A DNA stretch of 64,000 nucleotides from Podarcis pityusensis (GCA_964106645.2 OZ067052.1), one strand, 5' to 3'; positions 32,901 to 53,153 are shown, numbered from the stretch's first letter. Numbers and translations: made by a program. The notes: a model not told the origin generated them from the sequence alone.

Positions 32901-35860
32901 AAGGGTGCATATCAAGGACACATGTGCATGCTGCTGTAAGGGTGTGGTGGAGTTTGCTTTTCTTACGGAGGGCTGGTATTTTACCGTAGTCATACATACT
33001 GGGGTTTTTTTCCTTTCCTTGAGCAATATATATTTTTATGTAGAACTTCGGAGTTGCTGATTCCATGTCTTTGTCACCAAATAGAAAGGAAAATTGTTTG
33101 AGGCAAAATAAATTGGCACTCATGGTCACTGGGGGAAAAATCCCGCTTTGTAACCATCTCCCGAAGTTTCACCTGTTGTCCATCTCACTTGTTAACATGG
33201 TTGTCAAACTTAGCAGTTGAAATTAGCTAGAAATGTTCTAGGGCCCTCCAGGACTTGACATCTTTCCGCAGGGCCTGCAAGACAGAGCTGTTCCACCAGG
33301 CCTTTGGTCAGGGCGCAGCCTGACTCCCTCCTTTGGCAATCTTTACAATACTTTAGTTTATGGTTGCCATCAATTTTGATTTTAATTAATTCTTTGATGT
33401 TTTTATAATGTTGCACTATTTTAGTGTTGTTAGCCGCCCTGAGCCCGGCTTCGGCTGGGGAGGGCGGGATATAAATAAAATTTATTATTATTATTATTAT
33501 TAGCGTAGATATTTCTGAGCTGCATCCTGTGTCCCAGTTGTCACTTTTCCTAGAATAGTAAAGCTGAAGGTGTTGTCTTTAGCAGTTGTTGTTGGCTGCA
33601 CAGGAGCCAGTTACACCAACTAGAGAGCTTTAATATAGTGTGAAAACTGCTTCAGGGCAAGAGGGAGACACATTTCTCATTCATTTTTTTCAGGGGAGCT
33701 CGCATGATCCCGGAGGCTGATCAGTTATTCACAGAGGTGGAGCTAAGCACCTTGGAAAAAGTTATAAACGAGACAACGGTAAGAAGGGTCACAAGGAGTG
33801 CAGAAAATCTTTTCAGTATCCAAACTATGTGCGTTCATGCATGTGCACGTCTTGTCCCTTCTGCTCTAGGCTCCAAAAGATACCCCTTTTGGTCTTTTTA
33901 CTTAGAATGTTGTGATTCAGTTCACAGGTAAACCTAAGAATCCTGCCAAAATACAGTAAGCCCACAAGTTGTGCTCACTTTATGGAGTGGGGGGTATGAA
34001 CGAATGAATGGATGGTTGTAGAAATAGGGCTCAGCAGAGGCCAGATGGAGCTTTTAAGCAGTGATTATGCACTGAGTAGTGGAGTTGTGTCAGGTCAGAA
34101 GGCCATTGGCACTTGGTAATGAACAGCACCAAACAAGGCTGGTCTTATCAGGTGGAGCCTAAGGATAATATGTTTTCCTGGGTTTGTTTGTTTTAGTTGT
34201 GGAAGAATGAGACCCTGGCAGAACAGACCAAGCTGTCGCCCGCCGAGAAGCCTATTCTGCTTTCCAAAGACATTGAGCTGAAGATTGCAGCTCTGGACAG
34301 GGAAGTGCAATACCTCCTCAACAAAGCCAAGTTTTCAAAGATCAGGCCCCCCAAGAAGAACACCACAAAAACAGAAGCGGGCAAGAACACCACTGTGCCT
34401 CCTGAGGGTGAAAAGGTCATTCCTCCCAAAGATGAGAATCAAAAAGGTGAGAAGGTCTCGCAGCAGCATCAGTAGTCTTCTAATTCCCCTGTTCATATTC
34501 CCTGGTGTTTGAAACTAGCCCTGTGGAAGACTGCTTGGTGTAAAAGAGGGTCCTCAGTCTTTGCTGCCTCTTCTAGCCTTTGGTTGGTTGCTCCATGAGA
34601 TGTATTGTAAATGGTTCAAATTTTTCTTGGGTGATGTGGTGTGCATCCAGTTTGGTCATTGCACATACCTCTGCAACTATGGATACCATTTTTTCTCCTT
34701 CCAACCAGATAAACCAGAAGATGCTAGCCCAGTCAAAGAACCACCCATAGAAGAAAAAGCACCACTGGATGATGAATTGGGACCAGACTCTGGTAAGGAA
34801 TGAATCGATTTATTTTGATCACTGAGCAGAACTCTGATAAGGAAATATTGGGCTGAGAGAATTGGAGTTCCCTAGGCCATGTGATTGCTTTTTCTTGGGT
34901 TCTCCACGTCATAGTGGGAATTCAGGAACCTTTTATTCTGGAGCCACGCTATTGTGGGCCTCAAATTCACAATGTGAAACAATGTAAGGAAACAAGTTAT
35001 CCAAATTACTATTTTAATAGCCATAGTCAATTCATACAGTTATGCTGGGAAACTCCATGCCACCCTGGGAATTGGCTGCAAGACAGGGGGAGACGTGGCT
35101 GCTTTCAGAAAAGACACTGGGCACTGTGTTGCTCAAGGGGCACCAAGAGCATTCCCAACATTCAGGGAGGGAGGAGAAAAGACAGTAATACAGAGGGATG
35201 AGCTATTCCCAGACAAGGCTTGCTCTCCTCCTTGCCCTGCTAACCCAGGGGAAGGGTGCTCCTGGCAAAAGCTCCTCCCCAAGTGATCTCAACAGTCCTG
35301 ATGGAGGAAGGGGCCTCAAGAGCATGTGTAGGGAATTTAAGTGGCACAAATGTGTGGGTTTAAAGTGCCACAAAACTGATTGAATTTTTATGCAGTATGC
35401 ATCTCAAGGATGGCAATGTATCCCCCCCCCCCCAATTAACCTTTTCTTACTTCCTGTTTACCTCATCCCTGCACTGCACGAGAGTTGGCACTGGGAATCT
35501 TGAAGAACCAAATCCCTTTGGAACCGTCCAGGGTTAGGGTGGGGATTTGTAGAGGTAGCAACCCTTTACTTTTCGATTCCAAATGCTCTTCCATCCGCTA
35601 ATATGTTTGAGTCTCAAACCATGGCTTTATCTGCCTGCTCTTGCGTTCTAACCCTGCTACCCTGTTGCTGTTGCAGGAATTTTTCTTACTCTTTGTGTAT
35701 CTGAACATGTTTCCCCGGTACTATCGTGATTTGGAAAGTTGTTGTCCATGCTGCACAGTTTTGATTCATTATGGTTTTTCTGCTCTTGCTCTTTTCAGGG
35801 CCACAAACTGACAAGAGGTCGGAAACAAGGGAAGACACCAGAACCAATGATGAATTATAA
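20914..35860 (+). CDS. HYOU1: Hypoxia up-regulated protein 1 (ORP150/GRP170; ER Hsp70-family nucleotide exchange factor), 992 aa
   Basis: Exons: 20914-20980, 23217-23310, 23914-23992, 24412-24566, 24821-24897, 25021-25202, 26188-26303, 26781-26964, 27198-27332, 27531-27613, 27719-27851, 28050-28237, 28914-29052, 29136-29196, 29712-29794, 30138-30311, 30954-31156, 31307-31394, 31688-31810, 32383-32516, 33694-33778, 34197-34446, 34709-34792, 35799-35860; total 2979 nt. Signal peptide [18 protein letters not shown], Hsp70 motifs ([37 protein letters not shown]) and ER-retention NDEL-stop. Confidence 0.97.
21119..21375 (-). mobile_element. tRNA-Lys/CR1 SINE interrupted by a hAT-type MITE (21168-21303)
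   Basis: CR1 tail (agaatcatagaat...gttggaaggaacc..ggatcatctagt) and tRNA head (gcccagcatggggctcgaa) are split by CAGGGTTTCCCAAACTT...AAATTTGGGGAACCCTG. Confidence 0.6.
33238..33501 (+). mobile_element. L2-type LINE 3' end with (ATT)n tail
   Basis: ttccgcagggcctgcaagacagagctgttcc...gttagccgccctgagccc...gggcgggatataaataaa followed by (att)n. Confidence 0.65.
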
Positions 35861-38077
35861 CAGTTCCTTAAACCCCCCCTTGCACCAACACCTATTTATT
35901 TACAGTTAACTCCATTGTTTTTATGATGGACCTGGTTAGTGGAACATGGCACAGACTGACAACAAAATGCAATAGAGCTGTACATTTTTTTTCTTTCTGT
36001 TGGGGATTTATTTGTTGCTGATTTTGGTGTGTTGTCTTGTCTCTTCCTTTCTTTAAAAATGACTTTGAGCTCACTGGGCACTCTTGCTGTGTTTTCCACA
36101 GCACTGTCCCCAGAATTGCACTTCTAACCAGTAGATTTAATCTACCTGAAACTGTTCTAGGAAATGACAGTTGGCATCAGCAGTTTTTTGGGCTATGCTT
36201 CACCTTCTGGAAACATTATTTGTCTGCAACTGGAAATATCAAATTGGAACCTTCTGCTTCAGCCTCATCATGTTATGGTTCATCAACTAGGTTTGAATGA
36301 GCAAGTCCCTTTATATTCTTACTCTTGGGCTGTTGATGGACAGTTTTCTCTTTTGGGGGTGTCTGTGCAACTGAAATGGATGAAACAGGAGTGGAGAGTA
36401 AAAGAAGTTGGCAATTCTTGGAAGGAAAACCAAAATGCTCAAACAGATAACTATACAACTCTGCTTTCAGAAGTATTTATCAGACAGCTGTAGCATAGCA
36501 GGGATGGCAACTGATGAGACACGCATCCCTGATTCTTATTATCAGTTACTGCCTTTAGCAAAACTCCCTAATGCCAGTCATTTTCTAAGAGGCCCATGAA
36601 ACTATGCTGTTGTAATAAAGCAGGAAGTCTGATCTATCCCAGAAAGGTACAGGTTTTCTTTACCTATTTTATTTGCTCCTCAAGTTTGTAGATTTGCTTT
36701 ATAATTGCCTTCCCAGCAACACTGGGCACTGTTCTTAGTCTTGCCATTTCCTAATACTGCTGATGTTATATGGTGATTTGGGAAGCTGGCTTACAAAGCT
36801 TGCTGTCTTGGGTGGTGAATGCACATTTTTGTGTGTGTGCACCTTTTATTTACTAGCTCAGTCACCCTACTGGCAGCTGAACTTTCCACTTTGGCCACCT
36901 AGTAGTGTAGTAGGGACAGCTTTGGCTATAGGACAAATAATTGTGATACTTCAGTTTTCAGAAGTACAAATCAGTCCAACTGCACATAAATTAGAATATG
37001 TAAAGATGTCACAAAGTAGAGGAAAAACTTCATCCAGCCCTTTTTACTTCAGTTTTCCCCTCTACACACAACGTCCAAACTGTTCAAAGGAATATCATAT
37101 GTAGACCATGCTGAGACCCTGTTTTCTTTAACATCATTGCTCAGCAACTCATTCCTAAGCACTGCCTCCTACTCCCTAAAATCAATTTGGAAATGTGTTC
37201 TTCTCTTGAATTAATTTCAAGACGTCTTTGTCTTAACTTGCAGCTTTGAGGAATTATTTCTCTAGTATTCAGGCAGAAGTGGTATGCCAAATGCTACAGG
37301 CTCCTAGAACAAGGCAAATGTGAGAAATTAATACTAAATTGTGTGCTGCCTATTGTAATGCCCCCTTTCCTCTTCATTTCAACAAGCTTTTTACTTGTGC
37401 TTGGAAGTTAAGCTTGCCATCTTTCCCAGTTGTGTGTATATATATATATATACACACACAGGTGTTTTTGCCTCTGTTAAAATGTGCATTGAATATTTGG
37501 ATTTTGATGAAAATGGAGTTTAAAACCTTATTAAAAACAAAGCAACTGTTTCTGCATACCTCTGTTTTGAGCAGAATGTGCATTCTACTGTGAGCATTGA
37601 TAAAGTAATTGGAATTTGAATGTAAATCTTGGTTTCCTGAAAAACATTTCCCTGAATTTGTCTTGTGCTGTGTCTGTCTTTTCTTAAAAATTTTCCCCTT
37701 TTGAACACGGCAGGCTTAGAAGTTTTAATTTCTCTGTCATGGGAATGTAATTTGGGAGTGAAGGAGGAATGTTCCCTCTTCCATTCCTCTGCTGCTGCCT
37801 AAAACCCAACTAAGCCTAATCCAGAAAGCCAGTAGGCAAGAGAGTACCTTGTGCTGCCACCTTTGTGTGCTCTGCAGAAATTGTGCAAGTTCCCTCTGCC
37901 ATATTGGCACTTACTTAGCTGTGGAGTCTGGGGTTGTTTGTTTTACATCAATGTTCAGGTGCTCGTTGGTCAGTTCTGTTAACTTTTTTTTCTGGAGGGA
38001 GGAAAGGAGAAAGTGGGTGGTGATCACATTATAAGTCATTCAGTTGAAATGTATTTGCTCCTTTTGAAAATGGTTTC

Positions 38078-38133
38078 AATAAAATAACTTGCTTTTCTAA
38101 AAAAAAATCACTCTTTTTAAATGGAAGAATAAA
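38078..38133 (+). terminator. Probable HYOU1 polyadenylation signals
   Basis: AATAAA at 38078-38083 and 38128-38133, after about 2.2 kb of U-rich 3'UTR-like sequence. Confidence 0.5.
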
Positions 38134-38859
38134 AATTGGTGGAACCTACACTGGCTACCCTCTCAAACAGATGGATCCTAAAGTGCCACCTACTATCTGC
38201 TGCAGTGATGGATTTCTAAAAGGTGAGGGGCTGCCTGTTTGGTAATCCCTAACCCATCCAGGCCTCCTGTGTGGGCAGTGAGAATTGGCCATGGTGCCTA
38301 AGTGCAGTTTTTCTTTCCTCTCGCTTCCTTCCCCTCCATATTGGTGGATGCATTCTAGAGCTTGGGTAGTCAAGTCTGGTGCCCTCCAGGTGTTAGGCCC
38401 CTATTCTTTTAAGCCCGAATGGCTTAAGCCCAAAGGCAGTCCAACAACATCTGATGACCACCATATTGGCTACCTTGTGTGATTTTTTCTTGTCCCTGAA
38501 CCTCTTTTTAGTTTGGAATCCTGCCTCATGTTAAGCCCCCACTATATAAAAGGGTGTGTTGGATGTTTTTTCCTAAACTTTAAATACTCCTAGCATGAAG
38601 GCAGGGCCTTGTTTGGTGTGGTGCTTGATTCCTTCAGTTGGGGTTTCATTTTTGACAGGAGGGACAGGGAGGCTGTTGCCTTGGTGACCGTTCCTCTTTG
38701 GAAGTTGCTGGCCAAGGGAAGAAAGTCAGCACTCTTATTTTTATGTTTCGTTTTTATTTTATTTATGGGCCCCTTCAGCTTCTCCTCAAGATGCTCCCTA
38801 CTTAAAATGCTGTCAGCGCAGCCTTTGGCTGCCTCAAAAGGCGCAGTCCCTTCTAGTCG

Positions 38860-39760
38860 TTACTTTTTGGCGGGAAAAGTGATTCAAACTTTGAAGGCCG
38901 CAGGTCTTTCAGTAGTGGGAAGTGCGCGTGCGCTGCAGTTTGGCTTGGGACGTGAGGCCGACGGGAAAACAGGTAAAGGAGGCCAAACACGGAGGGCGAC
39001 CCTGCTTAGAAAGGGAAGCGTTACCATAGGAAACACTGCGCGCGAGAGGCAGGGATTGGCCGGAAGCTCTTACCTGTGTCGACACGGACAATATGGATTG
39101 GAGGAGCCCGGAGAGTGGCGTGCCCCTTGCCCAATAGCCGAGGAGAATGCTTTCCGCAAGGCGGAGCTCCAAGCTGCGGGTCGCTGAGGAGCCACTATCA
39201 GGTTATCCCACTTTTCTTGCAGCTGGTGCAGAGGAGCCACCGCGGCCGGTTGGTGGGTTGGCGGCGGCGAATGGTCCATATCCGGCTTGGGCAAGCGCCC
39301 TTGAATTGTATGGGCCCAAGGTGCCCGGGCCTACGCTGATGGGCGCCCGGAGGCCTTTGGGAGCGGGAGGGAGCCGCTGCGGCGAGCGTGATAAAAGTTT
39401 CTTCCTGCGTCCTCGCGACCTTTGCTTCCCTTGTTGTGTGGATCTGTACTAAAGGGCCACCGCTGCCGCGCCGCTATCCTCTCGGAGGGTGAAGGGATGG
39501 GGCCACGGCGCTCCCCTGAACCTGTTCCCGGCCGGGAGGAGTGGAATGCGACTAGCCTCCGCCCGGGGTCGGGGGACCCGTCCGGTCTCTTGACTGCCTC
39601 TGCACCTTCGATTGCCTTTCCTGTCTGGCTCCCTATGGGGTACGTGCCAGGCACCCCCACAAACACCCGAGACTCAAGATCCTGCCGTTTCCCGATTTAG
39701 CCCCATCTCTGCCTAGACCACGTCACGCGGGAAGGTGTCTTATATTACGCGGCATTAAAA
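38860..39760 (+). promoter_or_regulatory. CpG-island upstream promoter and probable non-coding first exon of SLC37A4
   Basis: CpG island about 5-6 kb upstream of the SLC37A4 ATG. CCAAT boxes at 39055, 39097 and 39131; E2F site 38865-38878; CHR elements 38883-38895; candidate donor GG|GTACGT at about 39640. Confidence 0.6.
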
Positions 39761-42700
39761 TTCGTTACTGTTTTAGCTAAATAGCCTTTGGCACCTCAAT
39801 ATATATGTTTGTATTTCTTTTAATACTGATTTCAGCATTGTACTTTTTAAAATTGTTGTCATACTTTCTGCGTTCACATGATGAAAAGGGGGTAAGAAAT
39901 TGGATAATATTTGAATTGTTTGTTTTCACAAATACAAACTTATATATTGAAATGAAGAATAAAGGGAGTGCAGCTCCTAATATATAGCGCCATTCTCCAA
40001 TCCCAAACTTTTTAAATTCAGACGTTCGCTTAAAGTATACAGAATTATCTCAGGCTAAAGTTGAACTGTTAACTCCACCGAAACTATTGCCTCCCTCCCC
40101 TTATTAATTATTAAATTAAACTTACTAGTCACTTGTAACCCAAATGGTCTCTGAGGAATGTAGGTTGGAATATATATGTGTGTGTATGACAATGGCATAC
40201 AGAAATACATTACATCATATACTACATGAATATTACATACAGCACAGCGTATTAGGAAAACACAAACCCCCCATTTGTTGGCATCCATCTGTCTCAAGAG
40301 ACAATGAAAGAGTTCACCATCAGAGGTAAAATCAAACAGTTGGAGAGTTACAGCACCTGTTGTGGCTGTAGAAACCAATACGAGAGAGACATGTTTTATT
40401 GCAGGTGGGGAAATGAAGGCATCTGGTTTTGCTGCTGCAGATGCATCACAGCGTTTCATGACCTGACACTCCAGGCACTGCAGTTGTCTGCAAGGGTTTC
40501 CATATGGCGAGGTTAATGTCAGCCTTCATGTCACATTTGCAGACATCTTTGTAATGCAGAATTGGTCTGCCAGTGCCAACCTAGTGCCTGAAAGCAAGCT
40601 CCTCCTAAAGCACATCCTTGGGGATCCTGTTCTACTTAGGAAGAGACACTAATAGGCAGTTGTTCACACAGAGTTGTCTTCATTATAAAATGTAATGTAA
40701 AGTATCCTGTAACACAGTCTTAGTTTTAGATAGTGGTGTAACAAGTGACTAGATAAAAATTTTACTCTGGAAAAGTGTACATAATAGCATTTGCAACCAT
40801 TTAATGTCCTTGGCCCAGTCCTCCAGCTTGGCTGACTGCCCATTGCTGGCAGTTACCCAATTGTAAAGTTATCTCTGTTAATTATTCTTTGGCCTAAATT
40901 CAGTAGAGGGAAAGCTCCGCTGACTTCATCAGACTTGTATCAGAACCATTTTGATGGACTTTCCTTTATTGATTTTGCCTGCTGGTTTCCAAGCCCTTTT
41001 AGGCTCTAGAAAGTCATACTGTTTAAGTAAGATATGGGATCTCCTTCAGAGGGCTGTGAAAAACTGGGATAAATGTGACCATACTCTTATCACACTTGCT
41101 CAGGACAAATGTCTGCAAGCTGCTTCACTCTGTCCCAGGAATAAACCCTTCTAAAAAGCAAGTAGCTGGGGGACCTCATAGGACTTTCAGCTGAATCTTG
41201 GATCTAATATCATTTATAATCTAAAAAGAGTGGGATGATCCTAGCTAAAAGGAGGTGACATTTAAAGGACTTCTTGTTAAGGACCCTTGAAATTGCAGGA
41301 CTCTGTAACCCATTTATAATTTTAGGTGGTCCGACATCTGTGCAGGGAGTCTGAGTACTGCCTTGTCCATTTCAACTTCATTCTACTTTGCTCTCTACTA
41401 GCTCACTTTTCCAGACAATTTATCCTTTTGTTCCAAAGTCCCTGTGAGAGGACACAAAAATGGCAGCAAACTACAGTAGTGCTGTCTAGCAACACTGCAG
41501 TGAAATTATCACATGTCAAAGCAGATTTTAAATTTCTGAATGAGATTTATTCTTGGAACTCCTTAAAAGAAGCAAGGGAACTTTTTTAAAAGTGGGGGGA
41601 GACATTTTTCAGCTCATGGACAATTGTTTTGCAGAGAGAACATATCAATGGTGCCCAGAGCAGGAGGCAAAAAAGTGTGTAGAACAACAGCTGTAACTCT
41701 TACATCTGTACAAGAGGCTACATTCCAGCAGCCAGCCACAAGTTACCCATCCTTCTATCCATGCTAGCAAAAGGCATTATCACAGTTCAGGGACACATTC
41801 CAGCCACACAAAAGCACTTGAGAAGGGTACAGAGCTGAACCAGTTAGGAGAGTGGCATGAGGGCTGGGTAGAAGGGTTTGAAGGGTTGCATTTGGCCTCA
41901 GCTCAGATTCCCCACGCTGTCTTGGGGGACTTTTACTTTGCCCCATGGCATATATGCTATGGAGTGCTACAAGAGTGTTTCATTCTTTCTGTTGTTTAAG
42001 AAGAAATTTGCAGAGCAGTCTCTAATGTGCTGTTTACACTCAGCTCTATCCTTTTCATACAAGATTCATGTGAGACATGATGTTATGAGCAGGGGAATTG
42101 CGGTCTGCCATGGACCAGCCAAATGCTAATAAACTTAACAGTAATAAGAAGAGGGCCAGTTCATCTAATCAACCGCATGGTGGGTGTTTCGTTTTCTCAT
42201 CCATTCCTCCTACTGTAATAGTTTGCATCTTGGGGATGTCTTGGTTAGATGCAGCCTTATGCTGGAAGCCCAGATGGTATCTAGCACAAGCCTTTCAGCA
42301 ACTTGGGCTGATGCACCTAGTGCACCTAGTAACCATTGTCTGTGACATGGTAACATATAACTTGGATTACTGCAACACTTTTAGGAGCTGCCTTTGAAGA
42401 CTACACATAAGCATAAACTGATGCAAAATATGACAACTAGATTTATTGACTGGAACGCACTGCATGGAATTGTGTCTGCGTGTCTGTCTAAAACTTTTCT
42501 GTTTTCATGGAATAAGCTATTTTGGAATAATGATGGGTGAGATTACTCTAGTGCTTGGGGTACCTGTTTTTGCAGCCCTGGTTCTGTTGTGGCAGAGGAC
42601 AGGCTGCTGAGCAAGTAGAGCTGGCCTAGAAACTAGCATGTTTATCAAATCCACAGAAGCACAGTATGCATAACTTTAGGAACCTTAGTCTGGTGAGCAG

Positions 42701-42848
42701 AATGCCCTAAGGTACCTGAGAGGAAATAACAGAGACAAAGCCTGAACTTTTCCAGAAAAAGGAAGCATTAATTCTGATAAAAGGCAAATGGCAAGCAAAC
42801 TTATGGAAGGTTTTCCTCTTATGGGCAGTCCCTTTAACATGGGATATA

Positions 42849-43311
42849 CAGCGGTACCTCGGGTTAAGTACCGTATTTTTTGCTCTATAAGACTCACTTT
42901 TTCCCTCCTAAAAAGTAAGGGGAAATGTGTGTGCGTCTTATGGAGCGAATGCAGGCTGTGCAGCTATCCCAGAAGCCAAAACAGCAAGAGGGATTGCTGC
43001 TTTCACTGCACAGTGATCCCTCTTGCTGTTCTGGCTTCTGAGATTCAGAATATTTTTTTTCTTGTTTTCCTCCTCCAAAAACTTGGTGCGTCTTGTGGTC
43101 TTATAGAGCGAAAAATACGGTACTTAATTCGTTCCGGAGGTCCGTTCTTAACCTGAAACTGTTCTTAACCTGAAGACCACTTTAGCTAATAGGGCCTCCT
43201 GCTGCTGCACGATTTCTGTTCTCATCCTGAAGCAAAGTTCTTAACCCGAGGTACTATTTCTGCGTTAGCGGAGTCTGTAACCTGAAGTATATGTAACCTG
43301 AGGTACCACTG
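42849..43311. mobile_element. Tc1/mariner MITE containing a nested 250-bp MITE (42871-43120)
   Basis: Outer TIR CAGCGGTACCTC/GAGGTACCACTG with TA. Inner 23-bp TIR CCGTATTTTTYGCTCTATAAGAC with a TA duplication. Confidence 0.85.
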
Positions 43312-44053
43312 TATTAAGATATGGCATGCCCCAACAATCTAATCTTCCAGATGTGTGCTTAAGATCTTTCTATTTGCCCAAGCCTTTTCTGACAACTTTT
43401 CTGTTGTCATTCATATCATATTATTATTATTATTATTATTATTGGCATACATTTTATACTTATCCTTGTTTTTTGTACACCACCCTGATATTTTATAATG
43501 TGAGTGCTTTATAAATAATTAAAAACGGGGAGAAAGCTTAAAGGGAGATGGAGGGCAAAGGTGGACACAGACAGAAAAAGATGTTTCAGTGTTTCTGCCA
43601 AGCTATATGGGGCAGGTAAAACAGGGCTGAGTCGAAAGTGGGTTTGCAAGCACAGCTGATCAGTCCTGTGCATATGGGCTTTCAAATCCCAAGAGTAAGC
43701 TGATTGTCTGGTCTTATGAAGCACTGTTTATGGGACTGTGTTAGTACTTTTCTGGATGTGCCTTTGCCTGCATGGTTTGATTTCAAACAGTGTGGGCAAA
43801 AGCAGTTCATCTAGTGCTTTAAATTGATTTGGATTTTAATTTTATGCTGCCTTTCTGTATTTTATGCTTTATTTTTGTGCTTTTATACGCCTTGATGTTT
43901 GTACAGTATTTTTGCTCTACATTTAGAAGCTTCCTTAGGAATTTTGATAAACTGAAAGGAAGAATAAAAGTCTTCCAAATTAATAAGCTTGGTGGTCCAC
44001 CCTGGAAATACAGTAGAGGGAAGTGTTTGGTTTTTAATTCACTTGCAGTATCA

Positions 44054-44245
44054 GGGCCATCACTCAGTGGTAGAGCCTCTGCCTTGCATTCAAAAAGTCC
44101 CAGGTTCAACCCACAGCAGCCTGAGGTAGGGCTGGGAGATACCCCCTGCCAAAACCTAGAGAGATTCTTGCTGCCTGTCCGTGTTGACAATACTGAGCTA
44201 GATGGACCCATGATCTGACTCTATAAGGCAGCTGCCTATGTTCCT
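44054..44245 (+). mobile_element. tRNA-derived squamate SINE (Squam2-like)
   Basis: A-box ctcagtggtagagc, B-box ggttcaaccc, body gtagggctgggaga...gagctagatggacc, tail gcagctgcctatgttcct. Confidence 0.7.
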
Positions 44246-44925
44246 GCCGATACAAGAGACAGCCTTCTTGCCTTACTGATTTTGACAGAGCAATCCATCA
44301 GTGTCTGCGACTGCAGGATAATGTCTTTACAGCTTTGCACCTTCTTTTGAGAGCAAGACTCTTTTCCTAGCAAAGCTGGTGCTAGGTAGACTGCCCAGCC
44401 CATAGGCAGCTTGCTTCTGCAGCAGGACTTAGTTCCTATCAAAGATTATGTTGTAGACCTGATTGAGGAAGGCATTGATTCCCCCCCCCCTTACTCCATC
44501 GTGCTATTTGAGTTCAGGGGTCAGAGTGTAGTGGGAGTGAGGAAACCCTTGTTAATCTTTCTACTCGGAAGACAGCTCTGTTTATCCCAGGCTAGCGTCT
44601 CTTGTTTGTTTCACTGTAGGTGGATGGATTTATACTGAACAGTGTGTCCAGCCATGTTCCCAGAGTTAATTATTCTCCAGAAGGTGGCCGTGAGCAGAAA
44701 AGAGAGCAACAGCGAACTCCAGCAAACCTCCGGGCTCAGCAGAAACCCTGGCAAGCGCCTGCCGCTCAAGTGCTCTGACAGCTGCTGGTTCCCTGCCTCT
44801 CTCTCTTCTTTCTAGCACATTGGTGCCGCCACCCTCTTCTCACATTTACTGTAAACTGGGATCTAAAGGCAGAACTGCTACAGGCACCTTCTCTCCGTCC
44901 TTAGAGGCACAGCTCTGAAATCGCA

Positions 44926-51990
<7,065 letters not shown>

Positions 51991-53138
51991 AGCAGAGCAG
52001 TAGCTTGGCTGTTGGAGGAGCCTCCCACTGCAACCATGGGTTTTTAAAAAGTACTCCAACAACTATTAGATCAAGGCAGAACTAAGCTTTGACAGTGTAT
52101 CCTGGACCAGGGTAAAGTTTTCTGTTTTAAAAAAAAAAATCACTTTGCTGCCACCTATTTTTGTTCCTTAAAATGGGAACGGCCAGAATGGTTTGGACCT
52201 AATGGACCAAACCCTATTCTGCTTCTCCCTGGCAAAGGCAAGATTTGGCAGCTCCACCTGTATTCGCCTCCTGATGATCTCACTGGCAGCCTGCACTTCT
52301 TACAAATGTGTTGTAAGCAAGCAGCGTAAGGACTTTTTCACTGCCTGGAGGGAGGTGTCACTTTCCTACCTCCATCACCTACAGAACACTTCTCTTGTGT
52401 ATTTGTGCTTAATTATTCCCTTGATTTCTTCACCTTCCAACATTCAGTTAACTCCGAGAACTCTCTTCTCAAACGGTCTGTGGTTCATTGGGGTGTAATT
52501 GAATTGGAGACATTCACAAGAGGGGAGGCTTCATTCCTTAATCTTAGTATTTGGGGCTGTAGCCAGGCAAGGATGGACGGGCATGTGTACCTTACTAAGC
52601 ATATAGACATGCAAACCTCAGAACTGGGCCCAAATGTGACCATCCAAGCCTCTTTTATCTGGTCCTCTGGGTTATTCCCCAGATCCCATCCCTACATTGT
52701 TTTCATTTTCCAGAATGTGTTCTTGAACTCTTGTAATGCTTCTTCCTTACATGGATGGAAGAGAGAAGGGGATGTGTGTGCGTAGAAACTAGTCTGCTGT
52801 ACAGAGGTAAAATTTACATGAGTTATCCTCCTGCTTTTGCCTCTGGCCCTGTCTTCTACTGGCATGTTGCCAGCAAGGGAATGCAGCCCTCAGACTGATG
52901 TAAATAGATACATGATAATGAGGAAATGATTACCCGTGCCCCCCCCCCCTTAGTGTAAGGAAATGTAGCATTTAGCAGTTTGCACTGATCAGAACTTCCC
53001 TGGACACTTCTGCAGACATTTTAGGGGCCTCTAACTATAATTCCCATGAGGAGCTGATAATGCAGACTAAAAATGGACAGTTTTATGTGAAACTGGATTC
53101 CAGATCTTGTTCATTGTTATGGAGTGTACACTGACAGC

Positions 53139-53153
53139 AATAAAGACAATAAA
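53139..53153 (+). terminator. SLC37A4 polyadenylation signals
   Basis: Tandem AATAAA at 53139-53144 and 53148-53153. Confidence 0.6.
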
